Shown here: piece after piece, positions 1 to 6,246 of the stretch
How the letters are laid out: each line of letters opens with the position of its first letter
Numbering within the stretch: position 1 is the first letter of the stretch
Origin: Ascoidea asiatica JCM 7603
Taxonomy: Eukaryota > Fungi > Ascomycota
Reading direction: 5' to 3'
DNA: 6,246 bases
Assembly (NCBI GenBank): GCA_001600695.1
Contig: BCKQ01000020.1
Location: forward strand, 21,639 to 27,884
The notes under the pieces: model-generated
Told to the model about the DNA's origin: nothing
Seen by the model: only the letters and a program-made list of their open reading frames with translations
Databases searched by the model: none
Program-made: the position numbers and the translations under genes

Positions 1-954
1 AAATCACAGGCAGCAGGCCATGAAAAGTTTTTTAAACCATTTCTTGCAATGGTTCTAATGAAATTAATCCATTCTAAATTCATAGATTCTGGAATATAGT
101 TATAAAGATTTATACCCCATAAATCATATCTTAACCTATTCATTTCGAAGTAAGTTTCAATAGATTGTAATTTTAGAACTAATTTTCTATCTGGTCTACC
201 TTCAATAATTAAATTTTGTTTTAATTTTGGTGGTTTTGAAGTACCATCCATACCAATACCAGAAGTATCTCTGTTTATTGCCACACCTGGCCAAAGTAAA
301 ACACTTTCAACCTTCGAATTCTCCCAAGCAGCAGACTCGATCTTTATTTCATCAGATTTAATTTGATTGAGATTATATCTCCAGTTATTAATCTCATTCA
401 GTTCAGTGAATATGTTCTGGTTATTTTGTTTGGGTGCTTGAGAACCTTGTGCAAGCTTTTGAACTTTTGGAGCAGCAGCTGGTATAGTTGGTGATTTAAG
501 AATTTCTTCTTTGATTTTGTCTTCAGCTTCAAAAAATCTAGTGTTATCAGCATCATCAGTAGTATTGACATTAGGATGAGCAGCAACCTTTTCATTAATA
601 GTAGCATTAATTGTGTCTAAAGGAGAAGAATCGTGTTGTTCTTGCTGAATTTTAAAAACAGGATTCTTAATTTTGGAAGATTTAGATCGCCGCCATTTAA
701 TGAATTCAACAATATCTTTATAAAATCTATATCCGATCCTTGTTTTGTAATCCTAGACTCAAACTCATTAAACTCTTACTATATTTAACTGTGTTTGAAT
801 CGTGTTTTTTATATCTTTCACTAACATCAGATCTTAGTTTGTTGATTTATTCACTAATTGATGTAATTTGTTTATCCCTCAAGATTATTGTAACGTCATT
901 TAAGGCAATGTTTTTTTTAAGATTTTTGGATAAAGATTAAATAGTTTCAGTCAT
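1..954 (-). pseudogene. Retrotransposon Gag-like gene (Ty3/gypsy-like capsid domain) with disrupted 5' end; continues past the left edge
   Basis: Manual translation gives a stop-free minus-strand frame 752->3 (250 codons; TAG at 755-753) ending ...IIEGRPDRKLVLKLQSIETYFEMNRLRYDLWGINLYNYIPESMNLEWINFIRTIARNGLKNFSWPAACD. This resembles the LTR-retrotransposon Gag capsid pattern (G...L..IE.YF......W.......SW). A longer ancestral ORF can be rebuilt from the ATG at 954-952 (context ATAATAATG) through TAA at 939-937 and 849-847 and single-base deletions near 776 and in the T4 run at 671-674. Family call is by eye, not from an HMM search. Confidence 0.6.
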
Positions 955-1032
955 TATTATATATTTTTAGATTAAATTAGTTTTGATTATTTCAAGATCT
1001 CAATATAAAAAAATATTTGATCATATAAACTG

Positions 1033-1057
1033 TTTTTTTTTTTTTTTTTTGTTTTTT
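1033..1057 (-). repeat. Poly(A) tract on the minus strand (A6-C-A18)
   Basis: Plus strand reads T18 (1033-1050), G, T6 (1052-1057). Confidence 0.95.
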
Positions 1058-1310
1058 GATGCGAATGCCTCAGGGTAATCGGGGGTCTTAGGATAGGATG
1101 AGGTTTAGTAGAAAGGCTTGTTTTAGGTGCTGCGGCATAGCTAAGTAGCATTTTAAGGTCCTGTCTTTTCCTTTTAGTGACTGAGCTGCTCTGGCTACAT
1201 TTTCCCTGATTGCGGGGATGACCTACATTTTGATAACAACATGTGATCATGCACGAAACTTGTTGAGAAGTATAGATACTGAATAAATCGTGAGGCTTGT
1301 TATCACTCAT
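1033..1310 (-). mobile_element. Candidate retroposed fragment (LINE/SINE 3' end) or terminal repeat/5' region of the gag-bearing element
   Basis: 1058-1310 is ~43% GC by hand count (108/253), with sharp boundaries against very AT-rich flanks. It ends on the minus strand in ...GAGGCATTCGCATC followed by poly(A). No target-site duplication found. Confidence 0.35.
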
Positions 1311-1601
1311 GATTTTATTATTTTTAATTGTATCACGTTTTGATATATAATAAAGAAAATTTACAAATATTAGAATCTAATATTATAAATATAGTTAATC
1401 AATCTTATTAAAAACTATATATTTAAAAACCAGGAATACAAAGGAGAGAAAAATAGATCAATTTATAAAAATTTCAATTCTTAAAATTCATAAGAAAATA
1501 TTAATAAAAGTTAAGAAAAATCTAAAAAAGAAAAAGAAGATATTGAGAATTCTATAGAAAAAAAATAAAAATCAAATAAAAACGAACAATAAAAAGTAAG
1601 A

Positions 1602-2018
1602 CTAATTGTTAAACTCATTTGAAATTTCATTTTCATTATAAAAGTTATAACCGGTCTGTGTATAGCCATATGCATCAATATTTTGTTCATGTGATGTACT
1701 TTTTTTTTTAACCTTTGATTCGATAGTTTTAAAAGTTTTTATTGATGTATCAATAAACGAATGAGCGAATTTCATTTCAGGACGTTTTAAAAATATTTCC
1801 AAGTTTTTAGTTCCTAATGGAAATTCCTTTCTGAACTGAACTAAATTATACAGGGCCATCACATTGGTTTTATAATTTTCCCCATCTTTGAGACAGTTAT
1901 AACATACTGAATTTAATTCACCAAAATATTTGATATCTTGTGATGAAAGATTATTGATTTCTGGAATTGTACCTGGCTTGCTATTGGGCCGTTTAATTAG
2001 AGTTCTTTGAATTTGCAT
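1602..2018 (-). CDS. 138-aa hypothetical protein, possibly a decayed Gag/ORF1 remnant with a degenerate zinc knuckle
   Basis: Longest complete ORF in the track, with hydrophilic composition. Contains LSSQDIKYFGELNSVCYNCLKDGENYKTN. A possible ancestral extension to the ATG at 2137 (MKTLSTSKAPP*HKHVTKINQSELNKSD) crosses a TAG at 2104-2102 and a 1-base frameshift near 2052. Followed by a T-rich (minus strand) stretch at 1320-1600. Confidence 0.45.
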   Translation of the reverse strand: MQIQRTLIKRPNSKPGTIPEINNLSSQDIKYFGELNSVCYNCLKDGENYKTNVMALYNLVQFRKEFPLGTKNLEIFLKRPEMKFAHSFIDTSIKTFKTIESKVKKKSTSHEQNIDAYGYTQTGYNFYNENEISNEFNN

Positions 2019-2609
2019 TTCGGATTCAATGTGAATAATATTATTTACAGATGATCACTTTTATTTAATTCTGATTGATTTATTTTAGTAACATGTTTGT
2101 GCTAAGGCGGAGCTTTAGAAGTAGATAAAGTTTTCATTTTTAATTGTCAATTAAATTGAAATGACAAATAAAAATATAAATTTGAAGAAAATAATTAAAT
2201 GGCCTTTGGCGCAAACAGGCAATTTAAATACTGTCCGATTGACATAATGCGAAGTGGGGTAAACTTAAATTGTTATCAATAAAAATAGGTTGCCTTTATG
2301 ACACAAAGGCAATGTAAGTATAATTACTTCAACAAAAGTACGCAAGATTAGAGTTTCTTGCTGAACTGCGTAAGCAACAGTATAGTGGTATTACCCTATC
2401 TCTGTTTATTTGGAGATTACTTTAATAGCAATATTTTAATGCTTATTTTTGATTTTCTTTTCACCGGCGTGCACGTGCTTGCGTAACCTAAAAAAAGGGT
2501 TTACGACTAAAAGCACAAATGCTTTTATTAAAGGGATAATGACTAGGAAAACTTTTTTTTCTTTTATTAAACAAAAAGCCAAATTTGGAGATTATTGCTA
2601 TCAATAATG

Positions 2610-2639
2610 TTATCTCCTAAACCGTGAAATGTGTTTCAC
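2610..2639 (+). repeat. Left arm of 30-bp inverted repeat
   Basis: Pairs with 3010-3039 with one mismatch. Confidence 0.95.
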
Positions 2640-3036
2640 TGAGAGTTTTACGAAGATACCGAAATTTTTGTTCTCTTATATTGAAGTGTTGTAAACATGC
2701 CAAGCTTTTGTAGAAACAGAACAAATCAATAACGCATCAGCCTAGAATGTTCCTGAATAGCATTTAGCTCGCCACACACAATTTACTCGCCACACCTTTT
2801 GTCACATGACTCAGTTAAATTTTACACCCAAAAAGATGGTTTCGAATATTTTTCAAAGCTACAATTATTTGAAAGGTCACATGATTTTCAATTGACTTGC
2901 AATTGCCTTTCCTTAAGTGTAGTGAGATTTGTTTCAAAAGTTCAAGCAGTGAAGTCAGCAAAAGACAACGTCTCCTTTGAAATTTTGATTCTCACAAACA
3001 GAATTTTTGGTGGAACACATTTCACGGTTTAGGAGA
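2613..3036. mobile_element. Non-autonomous DNA transposon (MITE-like), ~424 bp, TA-flanked (Tc1/mariner-type if TA is the target duplication)
   Basis: 2610-2639 (TTATCTCCTAAACCGTGAAATGTGTTTCAC) is the reverse complement of 3010-3039 at 29/30 positions, the outer 26 perfect. TA lies at 2611-2612 and 3037-3038. No credible coding sequence inside. Confidence 0.6.
2768..2795 (+). repeat. Direct repeat CTCGCCACAC x2 (18-bp spacing)
   Basis: Copies at 2768-2777 and 2786-2795. Confidence 0.85.
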
Positions 3037-3039
3037 TAA
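3010..3039 (-). repeat. Right arm of 30-bp inverted repeat
   Basis: GTGGAACACATTTCACGGTTTAGGAGATAA is the reverse complement of 2610-2639 with one mismatch. Confidence 0.95.
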
Positions 3040-3738
3040 TGAATAGTTTTGAACAATTTTCAGCTTTTAAAAATGATATTTTCCTAAATCATTGAAATAA
3101 TTTACTAACGTAACTTATGTTCATTATTATGTTAATTACTCGAACTCAGACTGTTGATGTTCTTTTAGTATTTGCATTAATAAATTTTATATTTCTGGTT
3201 TTTCTGGGTAAGTATCATTTCATCATTACAGGATGGTTCTGACAGCTAGAGTGAATGCTTCGGTATATGCATTTCTTATAGATAATCAATCATTAATGAA
3301 GTAAATAAGAAATTGAATAGTTGATTAATTAGCTAATTACTCCTTTCTAATTGAAAATTAACCATAAATTAGGGGATTATACGATATTGAATATTTTAAG
3401 TAAATTAAAGACCATAACAAAATTTTCAAATGTTTCATAGTTATTAGTTTGAGATTAATCAAATTAAGTAAAATGAATCTATTGAAAAATGTGGTAAATT
3501 TGGAGTTCTAGAGCATTAATTCAAACCTTTATGTAATTAATCAAATTTTAATTGTGAGAATTTGATTTGAACCACGGTTGAATTATGATTTTGCATTTAA
3601 ATAACTGATAATTCTGTTACAAAAGATAAATTAAGTCAAAAATAAATGATATTTTAGTTTCATTTTATTAATTTCGTAAATTGAAATCAATTAACCCTAT
3701 GATTAAAATCAGATCATTTTTGTAGGAGTATGTTTGTT

Positions 3739-3764
3739 GGCTGGTAGGCTGGTAGGCTGGTAGG
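3739..3764 (+). repeat. Tandem repeat (GGCTGGTA)3GG
   Basis: Read directly from the sequence. Confidence 0.95.
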
Positions 3765-3938
3765 TTTATATAGTTTTGAACTAATATATTATAGTAATAT
3801 AATTAACCCCAGAAGTGAATTACTGTGGTTGTTTTATTACATTTCTTTCAGACCTTTAATTACTCCAAGGTGAAGTAAAACTGTTTATTAACAATCATTA
3901 AAAGAGCACTTTTTGTTATCTGATAAAACAGTCTATAA

Positions 3939-3982
3939 CAGTTTGTTAGCAGTTTGTTAGCAGTTTGTTAGCAGTTTGTTAA
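3939..3982 (+). repeat. Tandem repeat (CAGTTTGTTAG) x4, 11-bp unit
   Basis: Three perfect copies plus CAGTTTGTTAA. Degenerate CAGT-initiated units flank it at 3929, 3983 and 3994. Confidence 0.95.
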
Positions 3983-4227
3983 CAGTTCGTATTACAGTAT
4001 ATTTTAGTCAACTTTGGTCTAATTTAGTAGATTCATGTGTACATTGTGGACCGTAAAAGAATCTAATTATAAGGCATCAATCAACCACGGAGAATAAATG
4101 TAATCCTGTAAAGTCCATTTATGGCCATTTTCTTAGGTAAAATGTGGCTACGGTGGCTAAGTGTGGCTTTTTTTGCGTCTGGCCACTAAACGTGACTTTC
4201 AATACTGTCAACGGAGGCAGCTCCAAT

Positions 4228-4252
4228 CACAGTACCGCACAGTACCGCACAG
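4228..4252 (+). repeat. Tandem repeat (CACAGTACCG) x2.5
   Basis: Read directly from the sequence. Confidence 0.9.
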
Positions 4253-5485
4253 AATCTTTGCTAAAGAAGCGGCCCGGCCTCGGTCTGGATTTAAGAACGG
4301 ACTTTAAACACTTGGTTTTGAATGAATCGTCAGAGATAAAGAAATACGTAGAAAGAAGACTCACACAATTGAATAAAAAGTGTATAACAAACAGTCACCT
4401 TAGTATTACAGTTGTCTTAAATTCATCGCATTAATTCATTTGATAAAGCTGCTATCATAGCATTTTAGAGCTTTTAGTATTCATCTGTAGCAAATTTGGT
4501 TTCTATCCAAAAATTACTGTATTTACTTGTAGTTAATCGTAATTTTTATCACTTTGTATAATTATTGTTTTAAAACAATGCACATAATAGTTTGTAGTTA
4601 GCCTTGCACTTGCACAATGTAGAATAATGGACAAGCTGTCTTGGGTTGGATTGTGGTTGAGGTTGAGGTTAAGTTATCGCATGTTTTGGTTATTTGTGTG
4701 GTGTTTTAATTAATAAAGTGTTAATTTTCTTTATTTGGGGCAACTTTCTCAATTTGTTTGGTCTTTTCACCCTTTTCGCCATTTTTTATTCTCTTCTTCT
4801 CCATAATCTCCACAAATAAATACTATACCTGTAGTACTCCAGTTCAACTTATTTTCTTCATAGGAGTAAATCACAGACTGCACCTCGTATTGTCACTTAA
4901 TTCCTCCAGTTTATGGTTTTACTTACAGTCTATTAAAGTACTCAACTACTATATTAAAGCCAATGTGTAAAATAATAAAACACATTCTAATTTAACCATT
5001 GATAAACCAACTTCAACATTTAAATCCATCTCATAGAAATCTACTTTTTTACATTTTCTAATTTCATGTTTATGCAAACATTTAAATCTTAATTTCAACT
5101 TTTCCATACAATTATATAATTTCCTATTCGAGTGTCAATTTTTTGAAATTTGGAAAAAGGTTAAACTAGATTGCTATTTCTCTTAACTATGTGTTTATTC
5201 TGGTGTAAAACTAATAAATTACTATCTATTTGTTTTAAAACAATACATTGGTCCATTTTATTCTATTCCTGTTTCTTTTTATCCAGCGGATCTCCCTATT
5301 AAACGTCAGAAAATGACCCTAGAGCAATATTATTTTGTTTATTCCACTTTCATAAGCTAATTTTATTGGCTTGTTTTACAGAATTTGCTTCATGATACCG
5401 ACAAAACATTTATTGCTAAATAAAATAACTTTTTTTATGTTTTTTAAATTCATTGCTAACAGGTTTTAACAGTTCAAAATTCATA

Positions 5486-5524
5486 TTTTTGAATCTTTTT
5501 GAATCTTTTTGAATCTTTTTGAAT
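5486..5524 (+). repeat. Tandem repeat (TTTTTGAATC) x3.9
   Basis: Read directly from the sequence. Confidence 0.95.
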
Positions 5525-5802
5525 TAACTATGGTATTTATTTTTACAATAAAAAATTTTTACCTACCTATGGTTATATTTTCATCATTTGAAATCTTTTG
5601 GTATACTATACGTAAAGTATCTAAACTACCCATACATTTACAAATTTACACAAAATGTATAACCTATACTATAGTAATATGATATTTTTTATTAAATATC
5701 AATCACAATTTAATTTTACATACATGCATACCAGTATGTGATTTATTTTAAAAATATCTACAAAATATCAGTTTCAATAATGATCTCTCTTGTTTTTTTT
5801 AA

Positions 5803-5810
5803 TATAAATA
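5803..5810 (+). promoter_or_regulatory. Putative TATA box of the zinc-finger gene
   Basis: TATAAATA fits TATAWAWR, ~190 bp upstream of the ATG at 5996. It is preceded by a T9 tract and followed by a pyrimidine-rich stretch, as in yeast core promoters. The AT-rich background lowers specificity. Confidence 0.45.
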
Positions 5811-5995
5811 TTCGACCATTTTCTTCTTTTTTTCAAATAAAATTGTTTCCTACTTTTACCTTCTTTTTTTATTTATATTCTTTTTTATTGTATCATATTA
5901 AAAAATTATATTAATTCTTTTATCAATTTCAACACTCTTACTTATTTTACTTACTCTACTTTTATCTACTTTTATCTTATTTCTCCTCGATCAAA

Positions 5996-6246
5996 ATGGC
6001 AAGAACTTATAATAAATCATATTCTAAAAATCAAAGAAATGAATTAGATATCTTAAAAGAAGAAAGAAAAAAAAAACTGGTATTCATTCATAAACCAATT
6101 AATAAAAATGAAAAACAAAAATATGGTTGTACTATTTGTTATTCATTACATTCAAGAAAATCAAATTGTGAAAGACATTTAGAAACTCATTTCCCAAATA
6201 AACCTGATGGTAGAACTAAAAATAAAATTTCCAAAAATGCTTGTCC
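5996..6246 (+). CDS. C2H2 zinc-finger protein, probable transcription factor (5' part; runs off the right edge)
   Basis: ATG in CAAAATGG context, open to the window end: MARTYNKSYSKNQRNELDILKEERKKKLVFIHKPINKNEKQKYGCTICYSLHSRKSNCERHLETHFPNKPDGRTKNKISKNACP. Y-x-C-x2-C-x12-H-x3-H at 6122-6190; basic RKKK cluster (possible NLS). The terminal CP may begin a second finger. Confidence 0.88.
   Translation, partial: MARTYNKSYSKNQRNELDILKEERKKKLVFIHKPINKNEKQKYGCTICYSLHSRKSNCERHLETHFPNKPDGRTKNKISKNAC

Noticed and set aside
398-607. 69-aa minus-strand ORF from the track
   Set aside because: Alternative-frame shadow inside the longer gag-like frame; Leu/Lys-rich composition typical of off-frame translation.
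847-939. TAA read as Gln (ciliate-type genetic code)
   Set aside because: The 250-codon open frame and the zinc-finger ORF use CAA/CAG and contain no in-frame TAA or TAG, and frameshifts accompany the stops, indicating decay.
740-940. 66-aa plus-strand ORF
   Set aside because: Non-ATG start; antisense shadow of the disrupted gag-like 5' region.
1185-1199. Minus-strand TGTAGCCAGAGC resembling an initiator-tRNA primer-binding site
   Set aside because: Lacks the TGG start, matches imperfectly and does not follow an LTR-ending CA.
1252-1292. Hammerhead-ribozyme-like arrangement (CAC-GAAA-CTT...AAG-TA...CTGAATA...GTG)
   Set aside because: The core reads CUGAAUA instead of CUGANGA (G8 missing), stem I is essentially absent and stem II is out of register.
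987-1310. 107-aa minus-strand ORF
   Set aside because: Reads through the poly(A) tract as poly-Lys, has no recognisable motif, and the higher GC makes chance ORFs likelier. Not strictly excluded.
2508-2546. Hairpin plus CTAG as a Helitron 3' end
   Set aside because: The hairpin is AT-rich and CTAG is followed by G rather than the expected T.
2801-2884. GTCACATG matches to point-centromere CDEI
   Set aside because: No very AT-rich CDEII followed by a CDEIII CCG motif at a suitable distance.
2799-3032. 77-aa plus-strand ORF inside the MITE-like element
   Set aside because: Non-ATG start, short, no transposase motif.
3103-3851. Splice-like signals (TACTAAC at 3103, GTAAGT at 3208, GTATGT at 3728, TTTCAG near 3851)
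   Set aside because: They do not assemble into a donor-branch-acceptor set joining coding exons.
3939-3982. Tandem repeats as a CRISPR array or telomere seed
   Set aside because: No spacers, units too short, eukaryotic context, and no match to a telomere repeat I recognise.
4144-4970. 96-aa (4144-4434) and 70-aa (4758-4970) plus-strand ORFs
   Set aside because: Non-ATG starts, no recognisable domains, and the first spans a non-triplet tandem repeat.
5433-5443. ARS consensus match TTTTATGTTTT
   Set aside because: Expected by chance in DNA this AT-rich, and the host is not known to use this motif.

Overview
AT-rich window that looks eukaryotic, probably fungal or yeast-like (TATA box, A-rich start contexts, C2H2 zinc finger, no operon structure); the host is inferred, not identified. 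The two best coding regions run off the window edges and are absent from the ORF track. Left (1-954, minus strand): a 250-codon open frame ending in a motif resembling a Ty3/gypsy-type Gag capsid domain. Its 5' end can be rebuilt to an ATG at 954 across two TAA stops and two 1-base frameshifts. Upstream on the same strand are a ~43% GC, structure-prone segment ending in a poly(A) tract (1033-1310) and a 138-aa ORF with a degenerate zinc-knuckle-like motif (1602-2018). Middle (~2140-5990): apparently non-coding, with a ~424-bp MITE-like element (near-perfect inverted repeats, TA flanks) and several 8-11-bp tandem repeats. Right (5996 to the end, plus strand): the 5' end of a C2H2 zinc-finger gene with a TATA box. 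I found no tRNA, rRNA or CRISPR array. No new biological system is demonstrated; the best lead is the asymmetric decay of the gag-like gene.
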